The notes beneath the pieces were generated by a model. The model saw only the letters and a program-made list of their open reading frames with translations, made no database searches and was not told the DNA's origin. A stretch of 32,000 nt of DNA from NCBI GenBank assembly GCA_964589775.1, contig CAZPUN010000017.1:60001-92000 (forward strand), written 5' to 3'. The translations under genes and the position numbers were made by a program. Positions 7,919-16,529 of the stretch are shown here, piece by piece. Positions within the stretch are counted from its first letter, which is position 1, and every line of letters begins with the position of its first letter. The stretch is from an uncultured archaeon (GTDB taxonomy: Archaea > Asgardarchaeota > Thorarchaeia > Thorarchaeales > CAZPUN01).

Positions 7919-8428
7919 TTATTCCTTTATTTTTTCAAATGTCCATCGAATAGCGCCAATTAGTTTATTTAAATCTTCATTGGAGCCATAATTTGAAATT
8001 ATGATTTTTTCTAAGATTCCATCAGCATCCTTATCAATTGTATAATTAAATTGCTTTTTGTGATCTGTAGATACTTTCTTATTCTCAAATATCTTTTTTA
8101 CCAAAAATTTAGTAAAAGGTCCTAAATTTGTATTTAATCGGACGCCTTTTTCAGGAAGAATAATCAATTTGTCAGGATATACTTGTACTTTAGCAAGACT
8201 ACCAAATGCAGGTGTCTTTATATCGATCGTTCTTATTGTTGAGGTTTTAAGGTCGGGTTCGGACATGCCAACTAAATCTGCAGCGGTCGTAAAACTATTT
8301 TTCTTAAGAACAATATCTAACGCATCAACATATGATTGCAACTCATTAATTTTCTCTTGCAATTTTATAATTTCACTCGTTAAAGATTCTCTAAGTTCGG
8401 CAAGTGCTTTTAAAGTGGAATCATCCAA
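7919..8428 (-). CDS. Hypothetical protein with N-terminal coiled coil
   Basis: Heptad pattern LAELRESLTSEIIKLQEKINELQSYVDAL; C-terminal IRWTFEK; GAGGTGA SD with TTG start. Confidence 0.7.
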   Translation of the reverse strand: MDDSTLKALAELRESLTSEIIKLQEKINELQSYVDALDIVLKKNSFTTAADLVGMSEPDLKTSTIRTIDIKTPAFGSLAKVQVYPDKLIILPEKGVRLNTNLGPFTKFLVKKIFENKKVSTDHKKQFNYTIDKDADGILEKIIISNYGSNEDLNKLIGAIRWTFEKIKE

Positions 8429-8478
8429 AAATTTTCACCTCAAATATAATAAATATAAAAAAGTAAATTAAGTTAACA

Positions 8479-8694
8479 CTATTTTTCAATATGGATTGCA
8501 AAATCTGGGCAAGATAATTCACATAGCATACATGATACACATTTTTCAAAATCAATAATTATTGGTACATGTACGCCACGTTCATTAAATTCCTTTGACA
8601 TTGCAAGAACATTTTTAGGGCATACCGCAACGCAGATTTGACATCCTTTACAGAGTTTGTCGTCGATAAGTATTGCTTTAGGAGGTTTTACCAA
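8479..8694 (-). CDS. 2[4Fe-4S] ferredoxin (KorD/delta-subunit-like)
   Basis: CKGCQICVAVCP and CVSCMLCELSCPDFAI. Confidence 0.92.
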   Translation of the reverse strand: MVKPPKAILIDDKLCKGCQICVAVCPKNVLAMSKEFNERGVHVPIIIDFEKCVSCMLCELSCPDFAIHIEK

Positions 8695-8761
8695 TAAGAA
8701 TACTCTCCTTTTTTATGCGTTGAAAATATTGAGGTGCTATAAGTCTTATTATGATTACGCT

Positions 8762-9055
8762 TTAGGATTTTATTTGTGTGTCATCTACTATTTTTTTACC
8801 AGCATACACTTGATCAATGGAATGAATGACAGCACCAGATTCTTCTAATACCTCCTTTATGCGGTCAAAATCTAGATCTTCACCCTCAACGACTAATTTT
8901 ATAGATTCGGTATTTGCATCGACCTCGGCGACCATAAGATTGACGCCTTCAACATTAGGAATAGAAACTAACATCAAAGATAAATCAGTCAATCTAGGAC
9001 TATGTAATTTCAAGACATCCAATACTAATTTACGTATTCCGTTTCCTTTGCTCAA
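8762..9055 (-). CDS. DUF211 family protein
   Basis: IRKLVLDVLKLHSP, VEGVN, GAVIHSIDQV. Confidence 0.9.
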   Translation of the reverse strand: MSKGNGIRKLVLDVLKLHSPRLTDLSLMLVSIPNVEGVNLMVAEVDANTESIKLVVEGEDLDFDRIKEVLEESGAVIHSIDQVYAGKKIVDDTQIKS

Positions 9056-9122
9056 TTTTTAAAACCTCTCATTTTTTCAACTATAAAAAACAATAAATGT
9101 ATAGAATAATAAAGCTTATGCT

Positions 9123-9353
9123 ATGAAAACAAATAATAAAAGTCTGATAAAAATGGATTTACAAGATTTTACAATAGATGAAATTATTGAACTAGCGAAA
9201 TTTCATCCACTATATAATGGCGCTCTAAACTATGTTAAGAATAATGAAAAACTAAAAGACATGTATTATGAAGACTTATCAAAATACTTACAGATTCCTA
9301 GGGCAATGGCAAAAGTAATATTATTAGAAATTAAATCCGAAAATGAGGAATAA
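9123..9353 (+). CDS. Small helical hypothetical protein upstream of hypD
   Basis: 76-aa ORF ending 2 nt before the hypD ATG; contains the hypD SD (GAGGA); lacks the HypC N-terminal MC motif. Confidence 0.6.
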   Translation: MKTNNKSLIKMDLQDFTIDEIIELAKFHPLYNGALNYVKNNEKLKDMYYEDLSKYLQIPRAMAKVILLEIKSENEE

Positions 9354-9355
9354 GG

Positions 9356-10453
9356 ATGACAATTTTGAATGAAATAGAAAAAGGTCTCAGAGACCCAAAT
9401 AAGACAAAAGAGATCATTCAGCAGATTAGGCAAAAATCGGAAGGCTTGAAAATTAACATAGTTCATGTATGTGGAACCCATGAATATACGATAAGTCATT
9501 ACGGATTAAGGTCTATATTACCAAAAAATATACGATTAATAGCAGGACCAGGTTGTCCGGTATGTGTTTGTGCAGCAAAAGATATAGATGAAGCAATATA
9601 TCTTGCAAAAAATGGCGTTACTTTGACAACCTTTGGAGACATGATTAGAGTTCCATCAACTAATGAAACATTAAGTGAGGTACGAAGTAAAGGTGGAAAA
9701 GTAGTTGTAGTGTATAGTATTCATGATGCAGTAGAATACGCAAAATCACATCCGGATGAAGACGTTGTATTTTTTGCAGCAGGATTTGAGACGACTGCAC
9801 CAAGCATTGCTTATGAGGTTGTAAGTAATCCGCCAAGTAATTTCTCAGTTCTTACATCTCTAAAAGTTGTGCCACCAGCAATGAAAATTATGCTTGATAT
9901 TAAAGATATTAATGTAAGTGGGTTCATATGTCCAGGTCATGTATCCGCGATAATTGGTTCAGATGCTTACAAAGAATTTCCAGAAAAATACAATATACCA
10001 ACAGTTGTGGCAGGATTTGAACCGATAGATGTATTATATGCAATTTTACTGATTGTTGAGCAAGTACGAAATGGCGAGGCAAAAAATATCAATGAATATT
10101 TTAGGGTTGTTAGACCAGAAGGTAATATACAAGCGAAAAAGATCATGAATGATGCATTTACAATAATTGATACACAATGGCGGGGATTAGGCACAATAAA
10201 AAACTCGGGATTAGAAATTTCAGAAAAATATTCAGAATACAATGCTAGAAAGAAATATGATATCAAAATTGGAAAATCAGTAGATATTATTCCTGGATGC
10301 ATCTGCCATTTAGTCATCGTAGGACTTGCAGAACCCGAAGAATGCCCATTCTTTGGAACAAAATGCACTCCACAAATGCCATATGGACCATGTATGGTTT
10401 CATATGAAGGCACATGTAGAATTCGATATGAGACAGGAGAAATCGAATTATAG
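9356..10453 (+). CDS. hypD: [NiFe]-hydrogenase maturation protein HypD
   Basis: CGTH, GPGCPVC, GFETT, PGHVS, GFEP, QWRGLG, C-terminal Fe-S cysteines (GPCMVSYEGTC). Confidence 0.98.
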   Translation: MTILNEIEKGLRDPNKTKEIIQQIRQKSEGLKINIVHVCGTHEYTISHYGLRSILPKNIRLIAGPGCPVCVCAAKDIDEAIYLAKNGVTLTTFGDMIRVPSTNETLSEVRSKGGKVVVVYSIHDAVEYAKSHPDEDVVFFAAGFETTAPSIAYEVVSNPPSNFSVLTSLKVVPPAMKIMLDIKDINVSGFICPGHVSAIIGSDAYKEFPEKYNIPTVVAGFEPIDVLYAILLIVEQVRNGEAKNINEYFRVVRPEGNIQAKKIMNDAFTIIDTQWRGLGTIKNSGLEISEKYSEYNARKKYDIKIGKSVDIIPGCICHLVIVGLAEPEECPFFGTKCTPQMPYGPCMVSYEGTCRIRYETGEIEL

Positions 10454-11083
10454 ATTTCTCTTCTTTAATATGTTTGTAATTTTTGAAAGATCTGCACGTG
10501 TATTAATATTCATAAACGAATACAGATTAGGATCTATTTGACGAAAAACTTCTGTAGAAACATATAATACATTACGTAGTTCATCAATTATTTTATGAAC
10601 GCGATACTCTTTATTATCTAACAGATCATGAACAATTTCTCGGGTAGAATTTGTATGATAAACTGAATGGAGGGGTTCGATATATCCAGAAGGCCATCTT
10701 GGAATTACTGCACCATGAGATGGTGCAAATGATAAAATAAAGTGTACAAATTCCGGAGAAATTAAGGGGGTATCTACGGGCAATACAAGTACATAATCTG
10801 TATTGATGTTTTTTAATCCAGTATATAATCCAACAAGTGGTGCAAAAATATTGGAGTTGTCTGGAATTATATTTATATTAAAATTGGACAATAGAGACTC
10901 GTAATTATTTTTTTGTGATTCAGTCTTTACTACTACAACAATATCAGAAACAATTTGAGAAACCGTAGAAATTATAAAATAAGATAAAGGCTTTCCATTG
11001 ATTAGGAATAATCCTTTATCTTCTGAGAATCGCTTTGATTGACCACCTGCTAAAACAATTACACCAAAAGATACATCATGCAT
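10448..11083 (-). CDS. mobA: Molybdenum cofactor guanylyltransferase
   Basis: LAGGQSKRF..DK, PLVGL, LPVDTP, EPLHSVY, FMNINT. Confidence 0.92.
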   Translation of the reverse strand: MHDVSFGVIVLAGGQSKRFSEDKGLFLINGKPLSYFIISTVSQIVSDIVVVVKTESQKNNYESLLSNFNINIIPDNSNIFAPLVGLYTGLKNINTDYVLVLPVDTPLISPEFVHFILSFAPSHGAVIPRWPSGYIEPLHSVYHTNSTREIVHDLLDNKEYRVHKIIDELRNVLYVSTEVFRQIDPNLYSFMNINTRADLSKITNILKKRNL

Positions 11084-11086
11084 AAC

Positions 11087-11638
11087 TTAACCTTCCTGAT
11101 CTTGAATAAATTCAGATCCGATTTGTAATGCTTTCTTATTAAGATCTGCAAATCTGGGCCATCTAACTTCAACGGCCTTTTCTGCGGAATCTAATGAGAT
11201 AATTTTTGTAACTTCTATGAGTGATCCTAACATAACCATATTTGCAACTTGACGACGATATAACTTTGTTTCAGCAAGCTTTGTAGCGGGAACTGAAAAC
11301 ATTTTGACACCAGCAGGTAGTTTTCTATTCTTATCGACTGATACAAGATCAGACTCCACGAGAATTACACCATTTTCACGAATTTGCGAACCATATTCAA
11401 CGTATGAACCTTGGTTAAAGCAAATTAAGGCATCAGGCTCCAAGACAAGAGGATAATCAATTTCTTCATTTGAAATAACAACTTCACCTCTACTTGATCC
11501 CCCTCGTGCCTCAGGGCCATAACTCTGAGTTTGTACAACATTTTTTCCTTCAAACATTGATGCAGCATATCCTAAAATATATGCGGCAGCCACAATTCCT
11601 TGGCCACCAAATCCTGCGAATCGGACTTCATATCGCAT
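11087..11638 (-). CDS. korC: 2-oxoacid:ferredoxin oxidoreductase gamma subunit
   Basis: AGFGGQGI, QTQSYGPEARGGSS, NMVMLG. Confidence 0.93.
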   Translation of the reverse strand: MRYEVRFAGFGGQGIVAAAYILGYAASMFEGKNVVQTQSYGPEARGGSSRGEVVISNEEIDYPLVLEPDALICFNQGSYVEYGSQIRENGVILVESDLVSVDKNRKLPAGVKMFSVPATKLAETKLYRRQVANMVMLGSLIEVTKIISLDSAEKAVEVRWPRFADLNKKALQIGSEFIQDQEG

Positions 11639-12474
11639 TATTTATTTTCCTCCTTAACAGAAAGGATTAGTTTATCATATAATTCAGTCAACTCAGGCTT
11701 TGTAGTATCTACAAATTCTCCACAAACTAGAATTTCATTAAAATCAAAATCTGCTTCTTCAGGAGGTACATTTTTCTTGACTTCAATCTTCTTAAGATGC
11801 TCAAGCATTTCTGGGGCATCACCAAGACGATTGTAACGCCCATAGGCAGTAGGGCATATACCAACGAATTCTATAAATGAGAAACCTTTGTGTAAAATTG
11901 CTTTCTTTATACTTTTTACGCCTTTAAATACGTCTAGGGGGGTCCATCTAGCAACATAAGTAGCTCCCGCAGATGCAGCCAGCTTAGATAAATTGAATGG
12001 CTGCTCAATTGTACCATAGGGTGATGTCTGGGTTCTACTTTTCAGTGGTGTAGTCGGACCATACTGACCCCCGGTCATGCCATAATTAAAATTATTAATA
12101 GCTATGACAGTTATGTCTATGTTTCTACGTGCTGCATGAATTAGATGATTCCCGCCAATAGAAGCAAGATCACCATCACCACTAATTACGATTACATTTA
12201 GTTCAGGATTTGCTAATTTTACACCAGTTGCAAATGGGATTGCTCGACCATGTGTGGTGTGAAATGCACATGCATTAAAATAACCACTTGCACGTCCAGT
12301 ACAACCAATACCTGAGACAACCACAGTTTTTGTTAAATCAAGATTTAATTCTTTCATAGCACGAGCAACCATACCAATTATAGTCCCAATACTACAACCA
12401 GGACAAAAGATAAAAGGCAGTCTATCGGTCCGTATATAATCTGCAAGAGGATGTGGGGATACTTTTTGTGCCAA
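11638..12474 (-). CDS. korB: 2-oxoacid:ferredoxin oxidoreductase beta subunit (TPP-binding)
   Basis: FCPGC, SGIGC, HTTHGRA, GDGD, NNFNYGMTGGQ. Confidence 0.95.
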   Translation of the reverse strand: MAQKVSPHPLADYIRTDRLPFIFCPGCSIGTIIGMVARAMKELNLDLTKTVVVSGIGCTGRASGYFNACAFHTTHGRAIPFATGVKLANPELNVIVISGDGDLASIGGNHLIHAARRNIDITVIAINNFNYGMTGGQYGPTTPLKSRTQTSPYGTIEQPFNLSKLAASAGATYVARWTPLDVFKGVKSIKKAILHKGFSFIEFVGICPTAYGRYNRLGDAPEMLEHLKKIEVKKNVPPEEADFDFNEILVCGEFVDTTKPELTELYDKLILSVKEENK

Positions 12475-12477
12475 TGT

Positions 12478-13626
12478 TTATACCTCCATAACAACATCCA
12501 AGATCTCCTTAGGCAATGGAATATTTCCTGTTAATTTAGAAAATGGAATTACAGGAACAGTACCAGTAAATCGTTCAACTTCTCTAACAATCTGACCATA
12601 ATTCATTTCAGGTACGACAAATGCCTTTGCGGTCTTGCTTAATTCTTTTACTTTTTTACCCGGAAATGGCCAAATTGTAATTAAACGTAACAAACCAACT
12701 TTAATGCCCTTTTTTCTACCATCAATAACAGCTCGTTTAGCACTTCTAGCAGTAGAGCCATATGCAATAAGAACGATTTCTGCATCATCTAACATAAATT
12801 CTTCATATTTTATAATTTTATCAGCATTTTTACGAATCTTATCACATAATCGCTTCACAAGAGATTCATAAACCTTGGGATCATTATCGGGATAACCCAT
12901 TTCATTATGAGTTAGACCCGTAGCATAAAATCTATAGCCACTTCCAAACGTTGCCATGGGAGGAACAAGAGATTCATCAACTTTAAACGGCTTGTATTCC
13001 TCAGGCTTACATGTGGGCTTTTTGCGATTTACAATTTTGATCTCAGACTTTTTAGGAATTACTAATTTTTCACGCATGTGGCCCAAGATACCATCAGCTA
13101 GAACAAATACGGGAACACGATATTCCTCAGATAGGTTAAACGCTTCAATTGTAAGTGAATACATTTCCTGAACAGTAGATGGTGCGAGCGCAATTATTTC
13201 GTAGTCACCATGGCTTCCCCATTTAGCTTGCATAATGTCGCCTTGCCCAGCATTAGTAGGAGATCCAGTACTGGGCCCACATCGCATAACATTAATAATA
13301 ACTAGAGGCGCCTCGACCATAGCTGCCAATCCAATATTTTCGAGCATAAGACTAATACCCGGGCCAGCTGTCGCAGTCATTGCCTTGACACCAGTATATG
13401 ATGCACCAATAGCTGCTATTATAGAAGCTATCTCATCTTCCATCTGAATATACTTTCCACCGACCATCGGTAATCGCTTTGCCATGATTTCCGCAATTTC
13501 AGTAGCGGGTGTAATTGGATAACCTGCAAAAAATCGGCATCCAGCGGAAATAGCACCTTCCGCACAGGCAAGATCACCCATTGTGAAATGTTCACCAGTT
13601 AATACATCTTTATCATTATTTGACAT
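12478..13626 (-). CDS. korA: 2-oxoacid:ferredoxin oxidoreductase alpha subunit
   Basis: GYPITPATE, QMEDEIAS, GPGISLM, GPSTG, PEMNYGQ. Confidence 0.95.
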   Translation of the reverse strand: MSNNDKDVLTGEHFTMGDLACAEGAISAGCRFFAGYPITPATEIAEIMAKRLPMVGGKYIQMEDEIASIIAAIGASYTGVKAMTATAGPGISLMLENIGLAAMVEAPLVIINVMRCGPSTGSPTNAGQGDIMQAKWGSHGDYEIIALAPSTVQEMYSLTIEAFNLSEEYRVPVFVLADGILGHMREKLVIPKKSEIKIVNRKKPTCKPEEYKPFKVDESLVPPMATFGSGYRFYATGLTHNEMGYPDNDPKVYESLVKRLCDKIRKNADKIIKYEEFMLDDAEIVLIAYGSTARSAKRAVIDGRKKGIKVGLLRLITIWPFPGKKVKELSKTAKAFVVPEMNYGQIVREVERFTGTVPVIPFSKLTGNIPLPKEILDVVMEV

Positions 13627-13632
13627 TAAAAA

Positions 13633-13914
13633 TTACGCCTCCTGTTTTGCGCGCTCCTTTTTTTGCTCCCATTCGAGATAAATTGCAAAATCAGGACAAT
13701 TATATTCACATAGTAAACATCCAATACAATCATCAGGCTTTGACAAAGTTGCGGGATAATATCCCTTTGAGTTGAAGTATTTAGCAAAATCTAAACATTT
13801 TCGAGGGCATACCATTATACAAATGCCACACCCTTTACAATAATCCTCATTAATTACAACTCGCCATGTTCGACCACGCGAGGATATAGGTTTTGATACT
13901 ACATGAGAGGACAT
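13633..13914 (-). CDS. korD: 2-oxoacid:ferredoxin oxidoreductase delta subunit (ferredoxin)
   Basis: CKGCGICIMVCP and CIGCLLCEYNCPDFAI; first gene of korDABC. Confidence 0.92.
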   Translation of the reverse strand: MSSHVVSKPISSRGRTWRVVINEDYCKGCGICIMVCPRKCLDFAKYFNSKGYYPATLSKPDDCIGCLLCEYNCPDFAIYLEWEQKKERAKQEA

Positions 13915-14038
13915 TGTTGGATCTCCCAGATTATTTTTTTAAAGTTTTATGTATAAATGTAATGATATTGAATTATGATTGTGGCAAAACACGATATGAA
14001 CGATATAAATGTTCCTTAATGAACATTGAGGAGAAGGT

Positions 14039-14779
14039 ATGAACTTGAAAAGATGGCATAAATGTGATGTTGCAAGGATTAACAAAATTCTTTATGAGAT
14101 TTATAATATCAAAGCAAAGTCTATTGAAAATATTGGTGGGAAAAAAAATATTGTGTGCAAAGTGACTATGGAAAATAAAGAATTTGTTATAAAAATATAC
14201 AAAGTAGGCGATATGAAACAAGAATTGAAACTTCTTCAAATTTGTACTACACTAAGTATTACAGTTCCAAAGGTCGAACATGTGGGAACCGATTATATAA
14301 TTTTAGAATATATTAATGGCATAAATATGGGTGATTTACTAGAAAATAATTTTTCAGAGATACATATTAAAAAATTATCACAATGGATCTTTGAGTTCCA
14401 TACAAAATTAAAAAATCAAATGGGCATAGACTGGATCAAGGGAGATTCTAGAATAACAAACTATATTTTCTCAAATAATAGAGTATATGGTATAGATTTT
14501 GAAGAATCAAATAATGGTCCGTGGCAAAAAGATATTGCTGAAATCGCAACATCCATCTTAGACTTAGATCCAATGTTTACTGATACAAAGATAAAAATCG
14601 CTAGAGAATTCATAAAACAATATTTAATTTTGAGAAAAAATATTAGTAAAAAAGAAATAGAAGTCCTACAAAAATTTATAATTAACACACTACAGGATAC
14701 ATCTAAGCGTCGCGGAAATATAGTTGAGATTAACAATTTTGTAGAACAAATAAAACAAGATAAAATAAAATTAATCTAG
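14039..14779 (+). CDS. Atypical protein-kinase-like phosphotransferase (RIO/Bud32/APH superfamily)
   Basis: VIK, VPKV, LEYING, catalytic loop KGDSRITN, GIDFEES; GAGGAG SD. Confidence 0.8.
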   Translation: MNLKRWHKCDVARINKILYEIYNIKAKSIENIGGKKNIVCKVTMENKEFVIKIYKVGDMKQELKLLQICTTLSITVPKVEHVGTDYIILEYINGINMGDLLENNFSEIHIKKLSQWIFEFHTKLKNQMGIDWIKGDSRITNYIFSNNRVYGIDFEESNNGPWQKDIAEIATSILDLDPMFTDTKIKIAREFIKQYLILRKNISKKEIEVLQKFIINTLQDTSKRRGNIVEINNFVEQIKQDKIKLI

Positions 14780-15328
14780 AATTACCAAATCTGCGATACC
14801 ATTCTTTATTAGTATTTTTGCATTTAATGAGGGAAGAATGACAATATCACCCTTTGAAAAAGGACCATATGAAATCATATCTGCACCCATTATAGCAGGA
14901 TAATCCTTGTGAAATAAAACAAGCATTTTTTCAGGTTCAGCCACAGTTTCTTTCTCAACAGAAGGTTCAAGTGTAGTTCCAGAAGAAATATTATTAACAA
15001 AGTCAAAATAGTCAGAATATGCACGCTTCATTCGTTCAAAATATTGAGATTCATCAAGTGTAATAAGAGATAAATCAATATCAGTATTTGAGAAAACATA
15101 ATTCATAATTTTTGATAAACGAACATCTAACAAATCTTGTAACATATATTCCATATTTTTCAATTTTTGTTCAATTAGTCGTTCAGTAATTCTATCTGTA
15201 GATTTGGCTAAAACAACTCTTGTCTCACTGATTTCACGTGCAATATCGTTTAGAAATGCATCTGATAACGAAGATAAAGACGAATCGGATATTTCTTGTA
15301 GCCATTTTTCATATAATTTTTTATACAT
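14771..15328 (-). CDS. GINS complex subunit Gins51 (Gins15)
   Basis: Helical A domain (LLDVRLSKI) then B domain PAIMGADMISYGPFSKGDIVILP..NAKILI; follows priS. Start ATG 15328 overlaps the priS stop. Confidence 0.88.
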   Translation of the reverse strand: MYKKLYEKWLQEISDSSLSSLSDAFLNDIAREISETRVVLAKSTDRITERLIEQKLKNMEYMLQDLLDVRLSKIMNYVFSNTDIDLSLITLDESQYFERMKRAYSDYFDFVNNISSGTTLEPSVEKETVAEPEKMLVLFHKDYPAIMGADMISYGPFSKGDIVILPSLNAKILIKNGIADLVILD

Positions 15329-16529
15329 CGAGTTCAAGAGTTGCAACCCCTTTGCAAAGCATGAATACTGCTACCGACATAGGAACTTCAACAGTTACAT
15401 TGTTATATGGTCCATAATACTCATTACCAATTCTAATCTTGGGCGATTCTTTAATATGAATTGTTAATTCACCTCTAAAGAAAATTGCGTCACTAAATGG
15501 ATCATATGATTCTAAATCATTAAATGAAATATTCATCACTTTAAATCCAGTTCCACCATGTAATGAACCAGGCAAGCGTATTAATCTTTTTGTATCATAT
15601 GCAACAGGTTCGTCAATTTTAGCGCTATAATGATGTGCTACAAATTTTCCAATTTCTTGCCATGTAGATTCACTAATTCGAGGTATTACACCAAGATTTG
15701 GATTTGGCGATTGTAGTGCTTTGATAAACACCTCTTTGTTTTTATTCAATATATTTGCCCAACGAAAATTCAGTGAATCAAGATCATTTGAAAGAGATAC
15801 TAAATACCTAATAAGACGCCCCTTCCATCCGGGAGATTTTAAAGATGGCGCAGGATTTCCCATAAGCCTACCAAACCCGAAATATTTAGGAACAATACCC
15901 ACTCCAGTCAAATAATCAACGATCTCTCGACGTGCGCGTTGGTTTAATTCTTTTACAAAATCTGATAGGACATGTACATGATAACCTCTATGTCCGGAAA
16001 AGACTATGCTTAATTCATGCTTACTAATGCCAAAGTCAGGTATTAAAAAATCTTCTATTATTTTATAAACCTCATTTTTTGCAGTGTCTAAACATTGTTC
16101 ACATAGCCATTTCTTCACTTTTAATTTATCAGAACCACATTTAGGACATTTCTCGGGAGGAACACCTTTTCCTTTCATTCCACATTTTAGACATGTCCAA
16201 GTATCATGTTCTTTCTTACATGGTGTATTAAGGTGGTCCGCATCAATATCAAAAACCAATTCGGCACCCAACCAACCTTTTTCAGCCATAATTGATGCGC
16301 CAGGATTGTCATAATATGCTGTCGAATAAAAAGCATGTTTGGGGGCATATGTTGTGAGATATTTAATTAAAGCATCAGGACTTTGAAAACTTAAATGCCT
16401 ACGCATAGAAGGAATATCAAAATGAAAGAATCCAAATTCGCGTTGTGAAATTTTTTCGGGAATCGAAATAATTGACTTTGATTCATTATAATATTGGCGG
16501 AATTTATTTCTTAGAAACGTTTGACTTAT
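15321..16529 (-). CDS. priS: DNA primase small (catalytic) subunit; start codon non-canonical or uncertain
   Basis: ELVFDIDAD, FSGHRGYHVH, IDEPV..D.KRLIRLPGSLHG, and a Zn-finger insert. The conserved N-terminus (FRQYY...P....QREFGF) lies upstream of the first ATG (16406). ATA 16529 is the proposed start. Confidence 0.93.
   Translation of the reverse strand: MSQTFLRNKFRQYYNESKSIISIPEKISQREFGFFHFDIPSMRRHLSFQSPDALIKYLTTYAPKHAFYSTAYYDNPGASIMAEKGWLGAELVFDIDADHLNTPCKKEHDTWTCLKCGMKGKGVPPEKCPKCGSDKLKVKKWLCEQCLDTAKNEVYKIIEDFLIPDFGISKHELSIVFSGHRGYHVHVLSDFVKELNQRARREIVDYLTGVGIVPKYFGFGRLMGNPAPSLKSPGWKGRLIRYLVSLSNDLDSLNFRWANILNKNKEVFIKALQSPNPNLGVIPRISESTWQEIGKFVAHHYSAKIDEPVAYDTKRLIRLPGSLHGGTGFKVMNISFNDLESYDPFSDAIFFRGELTIHIKESPKIRIGNEYYGPYNNVTVEVPMSVAVFMLCKGVATLELDV

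Noticed and set aside
9123-9353. hypC call for the ORF before hypD
   Set aside because: No N-terminal Met-Cys, no cysteine at all, and no OB-fold pattern.
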